Assembly: GCA_963740355.1 (NCBI GenBank)
Contig: CAVUDW010000003.1
Span: forward strand, 1,088,001-1,152,000
Source: an uncultured Gemmatimonadaceae bacterium
Lineage (GTDB): Bacteria > Gemmatimonadota > Gemmatimonadetes > Gemmatimonadales > Gemmatimonadaceae
Direction: 5' to 3'
DNA: 64,000 nt
Under the pieces are notes generated by a model that did not search any database, had not been told where the DNA came from, and saw only the letters and a list, made by a program, of their open reading frames with translations. The translations under genes and the position numbers were made by a program. Below are positions 37,911-48,574 of the stretch, piece by piece; the first letter of the stretch is position 1, and each line of letters begins with the position of its first letter.

Positions 37911-38236
37911 GGGCAGGGGGACTGCCCGAATGGCTGGGGGTGGTCGGCAACGGATGAGTTCGACCGCTGAAGCGCCACTGAGCCCCCCGAGGTGCTCGGC
38001 CGAGGGTGCCGAGGGCGATCTCCCCCCCAACCTCTACCTCGCCTCGATTCACGAGATCAGCCCCCGGCGCCTGCCGCTCGGCGCGCCTTGCCTTGAGCGT
38101 GGGGAGCTTGAGCGAGGGTGCTATCCCCCCAGCTCTCACACCTGACGCTACGCTCGGGGCCGCTGGCTTGGAATCGCAGACGACGACCACGCGCTGCAAC
38201 AACGTGAGCTCAAGGAGGGCCGGGGAGAGATGACCG

Positions 38237-39208
38237 TCAATTGTGTGAGCGAACTCGGTCGATGAATGTGACCAGGGTGTCGATCAATGCCGCAGGGAGG
38301 GGTACGGATGGGTCAGTGTAGTACCGCTGCTGCTCCCCCGCGGATGCAGGCGTGATCTTCAGCACATGGTTCATGCCGGGGATGAGCGCGAGTCGCGCTT
38401 TCGGGAGCGCTGCAGCCAGCATATCGACCTCCGACGGCGCCACCTGAAGGTCGTGGGTGCCCTGCACGAGGAGCACCGGTACGGTGAGCTTCGCAATTTC
38501 CGTCGCTCCGGAATAGCGCAACCACGAGATCAGGTACGGCTGCACACTCGGGCGATAAAGCGCGAGCAATGCCGCCGGAGGATTCACTACGGTGTCGCCG
38601 CGAACAAGACGGGCCAGAACGGAATCGGACTGCACCTGCATTGCCGTTGGTAACCGCGTTGCCAACTGTTCGTGAATCACCTCGTCAGCGCGGCGCGCGG
38701 GCCCCGCAATGGAAACGAAGGCGTCGGGATGGGAAATGCTTGAGGCGAGCATTCCAAGTAGCGATCCTTCGCTGTGCCCGATGATAACGACGCGGGAGAA
38801 TCGCTTGTCGGCGCGCGCCTGCGTGACCCACGCGCTGGCATCTGCGGCTGCCAACTCGAAGCGGAGGTCATGCTCCGCTGGCATCGCGGCGCGGCTTTCG
38901 CCGATGCCACGTTTGTCATAGCGCAGAGTAGCGATGCCGTGCGCTACGAGGCTGTCCGCAAGCATGCGGTATGCATCGGATCCGCTGGGCATGCCGATGG
39001 TGTTGCCGTTGCGGTCCGTTGGGCCAGAGCCTGGGATCACGACTGCAAGCGGATGGGCGCCAACTCCTGCTGGCAGCTGCAGCGTTCCCGCCAGGGTGCC
39101 AGTGGGCGTGCGAAGGGCGACGGCCTCCGACGTTTGCGCCCAGCCACTAGTGACCGTGGCGGCGAAGCAGACTGCGACGGCGGCGAACGTGCGAGTTGCG
39201 AAGGGCAT
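38237..39208 (-). CDS. Secreted alpha/beta hydrolase (S33/S9-like)
   Basis: Signal peptide, GSGPTDRNGN, RYDKRG, GHSEG nucleophile, QGTHDLQV, MNHVL. Confidence 0.9.
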   Translation of the reverse strand: MPFATRTFAAVAVCFAATVTSGWAQTSEAVALRTPTGTLAGTLQLPAGVGAHPLAVVIPGSGPTDRNGNTIGMPSGSDAYRMLADSLVAHGIATLRYDKRGIGESRAAMPAEHDLRFELAAADASAWVTQARADKRFSRVVIIGHSEGSLLGMLASSISHPDAFVSIAGPARRADEVIHEQLATRLPTAMQVQSDSVLARLVRGDTVVNPPAALLALYRPSVQPYLISWLRYSGATEIAKLTVPVLLVQGTHDLQVAPSEVDMLAAALPKARLALIPGMNHVLKITPASAGEQQRYYTDPSVPLPAALIDTLVTFIDRVRSHN

Positions 39209-39212
39209 GGTG

Positions 39213-39647
39213 TCAGGGCTGCGCGATCGAGGGAAGTTCAACCTGCGGCACGCGTGCGCGTATCAACGCAAGAAATTCGGCCTCCCGCGCCGGCGAAATC
39301 ACAGCGAGCCCCGATGAACCGTAGTCGATCTCGAGTCGCCGCAGCGACAGCGCCGGCGCCGAGATCAACGTGTTGCTTCGGCGCACCCGTCGGATGCTCG
39401 CCAAGGGAAGCGTGACCCGCATCGGACCGCCGCGGATGCGCAGTTCGGTGTCGGTCACCGTGTAAGACGTGTCGAGCAGCAGCCACAGGATCAGACCAGT
39501 CGTCACAGCGCAGACCAGCGCCGGAACCATCAGCGACTCGCCGCCACGTCGCGCCACACCGATCAGCGTCCAGGCGACGACGGCCACCGGCGTCACAAGC
39601 ACCACCGCGACCACCGCATCGATTCGCGACCGGAACCGTTCGCTCAC
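39213..39647 (-). CDS. Membrane protein with bacterial PH domain (YyaB-like)
   Basis: Two TM helices followed by SAPALSLRRLEIDY...ISP. Confidence 0.75.
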   Translation of the reverse strand: MSERFRSRIDAVVAVVLVTPVAVVAWTLIGVARRGGESLMVPALVCAVTTGLILWLLLDTSYTVTDTELRIRGGPMRVTLPLASIRRVRRSNTLISAPALSLRRLEIDYGSSGLAVISPAREAEFLALIRARVPQVELPSIAQP

Positions 39648-40150
39648 CTTGGAGCCGCCGCAGCCGATGCGTGCGATGTGAGTTCTACAAAAAGCCGGCG
39701 CGTCGCGGCGGAATCGCGGTCGTTCACGAAAACGACTCCGGATTTCGCGTAGACAACGACATACGGCGGTTTAGTCGCGTTGACGAAGAGTCTTGCGCTG
39801 CCGAACGGCCGCATGGCGAAGCGACCGGCGTATGAACTCCCCCACTGGAAGCCATTCTGTTTCGACCCGAGGCCGGACAATTGCGTCACCAACGCGACGC
39901 TGTCGATGTCGGCACGCTGCACGTTGGCCGAGAAGCCGGCAGCGCTCACCCGCAATTTCGTCGAGGAAAGAGAGATCGCGGCAGGGCGTGAACTCACGAA
40001 CACAGCTGCAGCGATGAAGACGACGGTGCCGGCGAAAATCCCGAGCACCAAGTTACCCTGCCGAGTGGCCGCCGCGTCGGCGTTCAGCATGGCGGCATGC
40101 CGTGTTTCAGCCGCTTGCGAGTTCTCGCCAACCATCCCGTCGATCGACAT
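39644..40150 (-). CDS. Membrane protein, probable bacterial PH domain
   Basis: One TM helix followed by GSKQNGF...GRF...ARLFVN; GTGA overlap with the next gene; start uncertain. Confidence 0.6.
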   Translation of the reverse strand: MSIDGMVGENSQAAETRHAAMLNADAAATRQGNLVLGIFAGTVVFIAAAVFVSSRPAAISLSSTKLRVSAAGFSANVQRADIDSVALVTQLSGLGSKQNGFQWGSSYAGRFAMRPFGSARLFVNATKPPYVVVYAKSGVVFVNDRDSAATRRLFVELTSHASAAAAPR

Positions 40151-40421
40151 CGGCGTCCTTCCGAGTGAGACGCGAGCCCCAATTCTGCAGAACAACGTGC
40201 GGATTGGTATTTACTCAAATCGGGATAATCTGACAACAAGTTCGAGGGCGACGGGCGCCGGACAAGCGTACCGTGCGGTTCAGGAGCAGCGACTTCAGAG
40301 TCCTGGAGAGCAGGCAGTCGACAGGCCAGAACACACGTTCGTCCGCATGCCGCCGCCGGACCGCGCCGTCGAAGCGGGGTTTGCCGAGGAGGACTCCGAA
40401 CGAAGCTTCCTCCCAGCCACC

Positions 40422-41734
40422 CTACCGCCTCGCCTTCGCCCCGCTCCACTTGTACACCACCCCGCCCCGCATCACGAACACCACCCGCCGTACGGCCGTC
40501 GGGTCCGCGACCGGGTCGCCATCCACCGCGATCAGATCAGCCTCGTAGCCTGGAGCCAAGGCGCCGATCCGATCACCAAGGCCAATGGCCGAGGCCGCCA
40601 GCGACTGCGCCGACACCAGCGCGGCCATCGGTGTCTGCCCGCAGTGTTCGATCCGCCCCAGAAACTCCTCGGCGTTGCGGCCATGCGCGCCGGCCGTCGC
40701 GTCGGTGCTGAACACCACCTTCGCGCCCGGCGTGTGCACCGCAATCCGGCAGATGTCGAAATCCAGCGGCAGGTCCTTCTCCATCGTGGCCATGCCCGCC
40801 ACGCTGTAGTTGCCGACCCCGAGGTACCGCGGCGTGTTGGCGATGTAGTTCTGCACCACCAGGCCGACCTGCGGACTGATGAACGCGCCCATCTTCACCG
40901 CCGTCGCGATGTCCTCGGCAGTGGCATACGTGGCATGCTCGATCTGATTGCAGCCGGCCAGTGCAGCCGCACTGACCTGCGAACGATATGCATGCACCAT
41001 CGATCGCATCCCCAGCGCCTTCGCTTCGCCACAGAGAATCGTGAGCTGTTCCTGCGAAAGCGTTGGCTTCGCTCCGATGCGCTGACTGGTCGACGCGAAG
41101 ATCTTGACCAGGTCCGCGCCTTCTGCCTTTCGCTGCCGGACCATCGCGCGCAGCTGCTCCGGCGTGCCGGTGCTGTCACCCTTGCCTTCGATCCAGGCCA
41201 ACGACGTGAGCACGCGCGGACCGGGAAACCCATGATCGCGAATGATGTCGCGCAATGGTTTCTCGGTTGGATCGCCAACGGTCTGCACCGTGGTGAACCC
41301 GCCCATCAATGTTTCCCAACCCGCGAGCGCGATGCCCATTGCGGCTTCCATCGGCGGCTCGGAATCAGTTGCGATGCGGCCCGCGCTGTTCCAGTGCGAA
41401 TCGAGATGCACGTGGGTGTCGATCCACCCAGGCATCACCGTGTAGCCGCGAAGGTCGATCTCGGTGCCGCCGGCGCCGGCCGTCAGCGAGGATGATGCGA
41501 CCATTCGCGATGCCGATACGACGTGCGGGGCTCACGTTGCCGCGTCCATCGAGGGCGTGATCGGTGAGGATCACGACGGGCCCGGGCGGTCGTGGCAGGC
41601 GGCGGAATCGGCGCCACGGTGCCTGGCGCCTGCGCATGCGCCTGCAGCGTTTGCGTCATGCCGACGGCAAGCGTGAGCGCGATCCAGATTGCCCGGCGGC
41701 GACACCGAGTGAGCGTCATGTCGTTCATGTTCAC
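40422..41734 (-). pseudogene. Secreted amidohydrolase with two frameshifts in the 5' region
   Basis: Catalytic part MPGWIDTHVH, VHA, IEHA, STD, ADLIAVDGDP (40422-41489). The signal peptide and the GPVVILTDHALDGRG...NGRI segment lie in two other frames, with shifts near 41585 and 41491. Could be assembly errors. Confidence 0.75.
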
Positions 41735-42885
41735 GGGTGGATCGGCAGTCGCGCGCTGAAGCAGGTACCGTCTGCGTCAGTGGAGGTCACGGTCAATCGG
41801 CCACCGTGCCCCTCGACGATCTGCTCGGCAATGAACAGGCCAATGCCCAGGTGCCTTGGATCTTCGACCACTGCAGTGCCCGGGAGCAGGCGCTTGAAGG
41901 GGTCGAAAATGCGCTGCAGATCCTGGCGGGCGATCGCAGGCCCCTGGTTCAGCACCTTCAGCACACCGGCACCATCCTGCTTGAGCACGTCGATGTGGAT
42001 GGGTTGACCGGGCTCACCGTGTTCCACGGCGTTGTCGAGCAGGTTGATCAGCAACTGCTTGATCCGATCGGCGTCGGCACGACAGGGAATGGCTTCGTCG
42101 CCGCTGAACACGAGCTTTTGCTCGGGGAACGCCAGCGCGAACTCCTCGACGCCCTCATGCACGACGCGCGCGAGGTCGATGTCGCGCAGAACGATGCCGA
42201 TGCCCGCCCCGAGCCGGCTTCGCGTGAAGTCGAGCAGATCGTCGATCATGCGGTACATGCGCTTGGTGCTGCGCTTCGCCCGCTGCAGCGCTTCCTGCTG
42301 CGGTGCGCCCAGCGACGACGCCTCGAGCAGCTGGGCGGTCAGCAGCACTGTCTGCAACGGCATGCGAAGGTCGTGGGAGAGGATCGCCACGAACATGTCG
42401 CGCGCATGATCGATGTCGGCGGTGAATCGCGCCAGCGATTCGGCCACGGCCTGATCGATCGCCTCGTTGAAGCGCATCAGGTCCTCGAGGTCGGCTGCGT
42501 CATGCATGCCGTACCGATGGATCCAGAGGCGCAGCACCGTGGCGCGCAGGGCGCGGAATTCCGCCACCATGTCACCGACCGTGAATCCGCTTTTCGCACG
42601 CTCGGCGCCGTGTGTCTCGGCCGCCGTCACCTCGTCACCCGCGCCTGGATTTCCGGGGACCGCAGCTTGCGGCTGCGAATCGCTCGTGCCCTGCGACTTG
42701 TCGAACTGCTCGCGTCGCGATTGCGGTGTGCCGAGATCCCTGGCGATCTGGTGCAGCATGCCGCCTGCGTGATCGCGCAGCGCACTCAGGTTCATGCCCT
42801 CGGCGGCATCTCGTGTCCGAGCGAACGCAACCCACTCCGCGAGAATTTCCTCGAGGTTCGTTTCAATGAATTCCTGCAAACGCAC
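41731..42885 (-). CDS. Cytoplasmic sensor histidine kinase with RsbRD-N-like N-terminal domain
   Basis: EILAEWVAFA...HGAERAKSGF...EFRALR; LSHDLRMPL H-box; NLLDNAVEHG; LGIGL. Confidence 0.88.
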   Translation of the reverse strand: MRLQEFIETNLEEILAEWVAFARTRDAAEGMNLSALRDHAGGMLHQIARDLGTPQSRREQFDKSQGTSDSQPQAAVPGNPGAGDEVTAAETHGAERAKSGFTVGDMVAEFRALRATVLRLWIHRYGMHDAADLEDLMRFNEAIDQAVAESLARFTADIDHARDMFVAILSHDLRMPLQTVLLTAQLLEASSLGAPQQEALQRAKRSTKRMYRMIDDLLDFTRSRLGAGIGIVLRDIDLARVVHEGVEEFALAFPEQKLVFSGDEAIPCRADADRIKQLLINLLDNAVEHGEPGQPIHIDVLKQDGAGVLKVLNQGPAIARQDLQRIFDPFKRLLPGTAVVEDPRHLGIGLFIAEQIVEGHGGRLTVTSTDADGTCFSARLPIHP

Positions 42886-42976
42886 GGACGCTCCGAATCG
42901 GTGGAGTGACAAACTCGACACCGGCAATATATCGTGCGGCCACGCATGAGGTCTCGCGACTTCGTGCATGAAACAG

Positions 42977-43009
42977 ACGACGCCCCTGCGCACTGCACAG
43001 GGGCGTCGT
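42977..43009 (-). terminator. Stem-loop after the lipoprotein gene
   Basis: Inverted repeat ACGACGCCCCTG...CAGGGGCGTCGT. Confidence 0.55.
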
Positions 43010-43039
43010 GTTCATGACCTGCCGAACTCGTCATTCAGC

Positions 43040-44038
43040 TCACGGGCACACGGGCCGACCGCGCGGCAGTGCCAGTGTGCAAACCTTGGTTGCACCATCC
43101 TTCGTGATGCTGATCTTCGCGGTAGCGGTGCCATCGTAGGTGACGACTTCGCGGCGCGACGAGGCGACCGGTGTGCCGCTGGCGTACGTCACCGACACCG
43201 ACATGGCGCGGATCACGGTGCCAGCCGTTGGATACGGATAGCCGCTGGCGACGACCGGGATGACGAGACCGGTGGTGGTGTCGCCCATCACACGCACCGA
43301 GGTGAATGCGCCAGCCGTGCTGGTGCCTTCGGTGGTTTCACGTCCGGCAGACACGCCGTTCACAGTGCGCTGCGTGCTGCCGGCGGCGAGACCCGTCACG
43401 ACACGGGAGCTGGAGCTGCTGACCGTGGTGCGTGCGGTGGTGATGTCGACGCGTGTGCTGTCCTGGCCCGGAGGGCCGAAGCCGTGACCGAAGCCTTCGC
43501 GACGACCGGGAGTGAACGTCGTGGTACCGGTGACGCTACGAGTCGTCTCGATCTTGTCGGTGGTGAGTGTGTCACGCGACGCCTGTGCGACACCTGCCGC
43601 CGTGCTGAACTTGAAGGTGCGATTGATGGTGAGGCTGTCACGCACGACTGGCGTACAGGTGACGACACCAGTCGTCGCATCGAAGGTGGTGCAGGTCGAC
43701 AGCGAGAACCGTTCGCCGAAGGGTCCGCGACCGATGCCGGGGCCCATGCCGATGCCACCGCTGAATTCATCGCGGAATCCACCGCCCATCATCTCGCCGC
43801 GGCCAAGGCTGTCGCCCGGCATGCCGCGATCGCCATGATGACGCGGGCCGAACACACCGGTGTTGCCGCTCGCGCTGTAGGTGCTCGACAGCGAGTCATA
43901 CCCTGGTGATGCAGTGCGGAACGCGGCTGCGACGAGTTGCGTCTCGGCGCTGGAGGACTGCGTCGACGTGTTGTCGGCACACGCCACTGCGACCAGCAGG
44001 AGTGCACCAACGGCGGTGCAGGATTTGAGTGAAGACAT
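43040..44038 (-). CDS. Hypothetical Thr/Gly-rich lipoprotein
   Basis: Lipobox-like VAVAC at residue 20; GGAG Shine-Dalgarno; beta-rich body. Confidence 0.75.
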   Translation of the reverse strand: MSSLKSCTAVGALLLVAVACADNTSTQSSSAETQLVAAAFRTASPGYDSLSSTYSASGNTGVFGPRHHGDRGMPGDSLGRGEMMGGGFRDEFSGGIGMGPGIGRGPFGERFSLSTCTTFDATTGVVTCTPVVRDSLTINRTFKFSTAAGVAQASRDTLTTDKIETTRSVTGTTTFTPGRREGFGHGFGPPGQDSTRVDITTARTTVSSSSSRVVTGLAAGSTQRTVNGVSAGRETTEGTSTAGAFTSVRVMGDTTTGLVIPVVASGYPYPTAGTVIRAMSVSVTYASGTPVASSRREVVTYDGTATAKISITKDGATKVCTLALPRGRPVCP

Positions 44039-44118
44039 GCGCGTGTTTCTCCGGCATGAAGGCCTTGCGAACGATCAGCAGGAGGCGATGTCCTCCGCGA
44101 TCAGGTCGTCGTAGCAGG

Positions 44119-44145
44119 AGACACGTGTGTCACGCGACACCCCCA
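44119..44145 (-). promoter_or_regulatory. Putative ECF sigma promoter for the lipoprotein gene
   Basis: TGGGGGT-N14-GTGTCT, same motif and spacing as 44914-44940. Confidence 0.6.
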
Positions 44146-44249
44146 CGCTGCCTCGCGGGGCAATCACATGCGGCGCGATTCCGCTGGAGAAATGCACACG
44201 ATGCGCATGCCGAGCGAAGGCGAATCGCACGCCTTCCGTCGAGAAGCGA

Positions 44250-44849
44250 TCAGTCGTTCTCGTTGCCGGGCAACCAGGAGGCGAGCGCCACGCGCAGCAT
44301 GCGGAGTGCCTTGCCCATCTGGTTCTCCACGGTTTTCGGCGCAATCTCGAGCGCCTCGGCGATCTGTGCGTAGCTCATGTTGTGGCGACGCGAGAGTTCG
44401 AACACGGCGCGACAGCGATCGGGCAGCGTGGCGACAGCCTGGGCGATCGCGACCTCGAGCTCCTTCGCCTGCACCATCGCCGGTGCGGTGGCCGCGTGGG
44501 CTTCCTCGGAGACATCGCGCGCCGCGGCACGGGCTGCGACCTGCTCGTGCCGCACGTGATTGAGGGCACGGTTGCGTGTGGCGCGCATCAGGTATCGCCG
44601 CGGCTCCTGCTCGAATGCCAGCGTTTCGCGACGCCGCCAGACTTCGAGCAGCACGTCCTGCACCACTTCCTCGGCGATTCCCTGATCGTGCAGCAGGTAG
44701 GTGCCCACCCGCACGAGCGGAGCGTACCAGGTGCGGAAGATGGTGTCGAAGGCGGCTTCGTCCCCGGCCGCGAGTCGGGCGAAGAGGGCACGCTGCACAT
44801 CCTCAGGCGGGAATCCCGCATCGAGGCTGGAGGGAGCGTTGAGCGACAC
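44250..44849 (-). CDS. ECF RNA polymerase sigma-70 factor (FecI-like)
   Basis: AEEVVQDVLLEVW, RNRALNHVR, LPDRCRAVFELSR...SYAQIA...KTVENQMGKAL. Confidence 0.93.
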   Translation of the reverse strand: MSLNAPSSLDAGFPPEDVQRALFARLAAGDEAAFDTIFRTWYAPLVRVGTYLLHDQGIAEEVVQDVLLEVWRRRETLAFEQEPRRYLMRATRNRALNHVRHEQVAARAAARDVSEEAHAATAPAMVQAKELEVAIAQAVATLPDRCRAVFELSRRHNMSYAQIAEALEIAPKTVENQMGKALRMLRVALASWLPGNEND

Positions 44850-44913
44850 GTCGGCGGACGTCCTTGACCCGGGGAAGCGAGGACGGGCAAGTTGCGTCGT
44901 CCAGAAGGAGCTA

Positions 44914-44940
44914 TAGGGGTAGTGGACCCCAGCTGTGTCT
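44914..44940 (+). promoter_or_regulatory. Putative ECF sigma promoter for the FecR and TonB receptor genes
   Basis: TAGGGGT-N14-GTGTCT ending 9 nt before the FecR ATG. Confidence 0.6.
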
Positions 44941-44949
44941 ACAAGGTAT

Positions 44950-45942
44950 ATGAGCGATCAATCCGCCGGCCTCGCGCCGGAAGACGGCACTCCGGTGCAG
45001 GATGCAGCGCTCGACGCCGTGATGGCGCAGTGGATCAGTGCCACTGCAGAGCCGATCGATGTCGACGGTGCGCTGGCGCGCGTGAACGCGCGACGGTTGG
45101 CCGATGCGGCGATGTCTCGTGCTGCCGCGCCGATCGACGATCTCGCGCTGCGCCGTGATGCGAAGCGAGTGAGCGACGTGCAACCGGTGCCGCTCTGGCG
45201 TCGCGCCGGTTTCCGCGCCGCTGCTGCGGTCGTTGCCGTCTTCGGCGCAACGGTGCTCTGGCGCGCGACGTCGACGCCGTCGCGGACCACGTCGTATGTG
45301 ACGACCACTGGTGCGTCGCAGGAGATTCGATTGGTTGATGGTACCGAGGTTCGCCTCGGCCCTGGCAGCTCGCTCACGCTCGATCCAGCCTTCGGTCGCG
45401 GGAATCGCAAGCTGACGCTGCACGGTGAGGCCTGGTTCAAGGTGACCCACAACGCGGCAATGCCATTCTCCATCCGCGCCGGCTCGACGACGGTGGAGGA
45501 TGTGGGAACGGCATTCCTGGTCCGCGAGTCGCTGGAGAAGGAAGTGAGCGTGCGCGTCGCCGAAGGGGCGGTGAAAGTGACGACCGCGCGCGACTCGAGC
45601 GTGACGTTGCAGGCTGGCGACGGCGCGGTAGCGACATCGACCGGGATCACGGTTGCGGCCGGCGGCGTGACGGCGGGCGAGAGTGCCGCGCTGGCGTCAG
45701 GGCGACTGACGTTCACGGATGCCTCGCTGCTCGAGGTGCAGGATGCGCTTCACCGCTGGTATGGCGTGTCGCTGCTGATTTCTGACAGCACGCTGGCAGC
45801 GCGCCACGTGACGGCGGATTTCACCGGCGAACCCATCGCACGCGTGGCCGCGGTGCTTGGATTGACGTTGGGCGTGACAGCTGATGCGCACGGTGACACG
45901 ATCGAACTGCATTCAGCCGCAGGGGTGCCTACACGGCCATGA
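44950..45942 (+). CDS. FecR family anti-sigma factor
   Basis: One TM helix, LVDGTEVRLGPGSSL, LHGEAWFKV, VGTAFLV, C-terminal LTFTDASL domain. Confidence 0.92.
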   Translation: MSDQSAGLAPEDGTPVQDAALDAVMAQWISATAEPIDVDGALARVNARRLADAAMSRAAAPIDDLALRRDAKRVSDVQPVPLWRRAGFRAAAAVVAVFGATVLWRATSTPSRTTSYVTTTGASQEIRLVDGTEVRLGPGSSLTLDPAFGRGNRKLTLHGEAWFKVTHNAAMPFSIRAGSTTVEDVGTAFLVRESLEKEVSVRVAEGAVKVTTARDSSVTLQAGDGAVATSTGITVAAGGVTAGESAALASGRLTFTDASLLEVQDALHRWYGVSLLISDSTLAARHVTADFTGEPIARVAAVLGLTLGVTADAHGDTIELHSAAGVPTRP

Positions 45943-48453
45943 CCGGCGGGAGACGACACGCGACGCGCGGCCTCTGGGTTGTTGTGGCCAGCGCGATCGC
46001 CTGTGGTACTGCCGCAGCGCAGGCGAGCCCCTGTCCGGTGCCCGCCCGCGATAGCGTGCGCGTCTGGCAGCCACCGCTCGACCGCTTGGTGACGCTGAAC
46101 TCGAGCGGTGCCTCGCTTCGTACCGCGCTCGACCTGGTGGCCGCGCGGGCTGGCATTCGACTCTCGTATTCCAGTGACGCGCTCCCGCTCGATCGCGAGG
46201 CGTGTGTGCCACAAGGCCAGATGCCGTTGGGTGCGGCGCTGAGCGCACTGCTGCACGATGTGGCGGTGATTCCAACCTCCAGCGGCGGCACGCAGGTGGT
46301 GCTGGCCCCGGTGCGCGCAACCGAGGTGGTGCCGGTCGCCGCCCACACCGCCACGCTCGACCGTGTGGTGGTCACGGGCAGTGCCGCGGGTGCCGCGCAG
46401 CGCAGCCTACCCTACGCGGTGGATGTCATACAGGGGCGCGACCTGCGTGGCGCTGCGGCACCATCGCTCGGCGCGGCGCTGAATGGCTCGATTCCTGGAC
46501 TGTGGATCTGGGCCGATGCCCCGACGACGCTGCTGACGCGTTTTGGTAGCCTGCGCGGCGCGAGTTCGTTCGGGGTCAGCTCGCCCAAGGTCTTCGTCGA
46601 TGGCATCGAGCTCGCCAATCCGCTGCTGCTCACACGCATTTCGGCGGATGCCGTCGATCGCATCGAAGTCATTCGCGGTCCACAAGGCGCCGCGTTGTAC
46701 GGCGCGGACGCAATCAGTGGCGTGGTGAACGTGCAACTACGACACGATGGCGCCGCCAATGGTCGTGGCGATGCGAGCATTCGCTCGAGCGCCGGTGCGG
46801 CGCAGTCGCGGTACGCGTCTGGTGATGCGTTCACGCAGGAGCACACCGTATCGCTGCGCGCTGGGAGCGCGGAGAAGTCGGCCGGTGCGGTCCTCGCGCT
46901 GAATACCACCGGCGCCGTCGTTCCGGGCGGCGGCACGCAGCAGTTCAGTGCCGACCTCGGTGCGCGTCGTGTGTCAGCACGCACGATCCTGTCATCCACG
47001 GCGCGGCTCTGGGTGGCACGCGCCGACTCGCCCGTGAATCCGATCTTTTCTGCGCTGGGCACGAGCGTACCGGGCATGTCTCCACTCGAACCAGACGCCG
47101 AACAACGTGTCACGCAATACACGCTCGGCGGTACGATGACGCACGCGCCGGACGCGGCCTGGACCAACACGATCACGGCTGGCGTGGATGGATATCGCCT
47201 GTCGGGATTGTCGGTGGACTTCGTCCCGGTGCCATCATCGCTCGATTCGGCGATGCGGTCGACACGCGGCGGTGCGGACAAGGGCACGCTGCGGGCGACC
47301 AGTGTGCGGCGGATCGGCATCGGCGACGCGAGCACTGCGACACTGACGTTCGCTGGCGATGCGGCGCTGCTGCGTGACGGCACCACGTCGACCGATCCGT
47401 GGCGCGACGACATCCGGCAGCCAGCCACGCCCGATCGCCCTCACGGAGGGCACGCGGTGGCTGAGTACCGCGGGCCTCGGGCTTCAGGCCGGCTTCGACT
47501 ATCACGAGAAGCTGTTTCTCACGGCAGGATTGCGCGGTGAGCGCAACGATGGCTTCACAGCAGCCAGCCGATTTGCACTGCTGCCGGCGCTCGGGGCCAG
47601 TGTCGTGCACCAGACCGGCGATGTGACGTGGAAGGCACGCATGGCATACGGCGGCGGCATGCGGCCGGCGCGAAACCCAATGCGTGAGACGGTGTGGCGT
47701 GGAACGGGCGCCGGCGCCATCGGGTCGGATCTGTTGCCGGAAAAGCAGGTCGGTGTCGAGGCCGGGCTGGACCTCTACTGGCGTCGCAACCTGTCGTTCC
47801 AGGTGACACGCTTCGACCAACGGGCGTCGTCGCTGATTCAGCAGGTGCCGGTGCTCGAGCAGGAGATGGAAGGGCCTGCCGAAGACTCCATCGAACATGG
47901 CGGATATTCTCGTCCCGCGCGGTACGGCTACGTGCTCGAGAATCTGGGCGCCATCACGAATCGCGGGTGGGAGTTCGCGCTCCGCCAGACGGTTGGGACA
48001 CTGAGCATTGCCGGGACGATGTCGCTGGTGGACAGTCGTGTGGATCAGGTAGCGCCGGGATACGCTGGCGACCTGCAGGTCGGCGACCGCCTGTTGGCGG
48101 TACCGGCGCGCACCACAGGCCTGATGGTGACGTGGACGCCTAAACGCTGGCAGTTCCAGGTTGGCGGTACGCAGGTGGCCGACTGGGTGAACTACGATCG
48201 CTTGTCGCTGGCCGGGACGTATCTGCGCGGCGGCAAGCCGTCGCGCGGGCTGACGGGATCGACGTTGCGCTCGTACTGGATTAACTACGGGGAGGTCACC
48301 CGCCTGCGCGCCTCGGTCTCGCACGACCTCACGCGCGCCCTCTCACTGCGCTTCATCGGCGACAACCTGCTCGACCGCCAGCGCGGTGAGCCGGACAACG
48401 TGACCATCGTGCCCGGGCGCACGCTGTCGTTCGGGATTTCCGCGCGCTTCTGA
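45939..48453 (+). pseudogene. TonB-dependent receptor/transducer, frameshifted near 47420
   Basis: N-terminal STN-like region, TonB box DRVVVTG, plug RIEVIRGPQGAALYGADAISGVVN (45939-47540 frame); the barrel and C-terminal PGRTLSFGISARF are in the +1 frame (47359-48453). Confidence 0.82.
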
Positions 48454-48574
48454 CGGGGCGTCCTGCGGATTGGGACATCCTCAGCATTCTCCGGCACAGG
48501 TCGATACTCCTGTGGGCAGCCCGGCATAGGCCGAGGCGCGTGGCGCACCTGTCCAGGCCCCTGCACTGCCCTGA

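Noticed and set aside
37950..38230. GC-rich spacer with short CGAGGGTGC and ATCCCCCC repeats next to the tRNA promoter
   Set aside because: No tRNA or ncRNA fold, terminal repeats or duplicated tRNA 3' end could be established
40209..40236. AT-rich imperfect palindrome TTTACTCAAATCGGGATAAT upstream of the PH-domain genes
   Set aside because: Single copy, weak symmetry and no adjacent regulator
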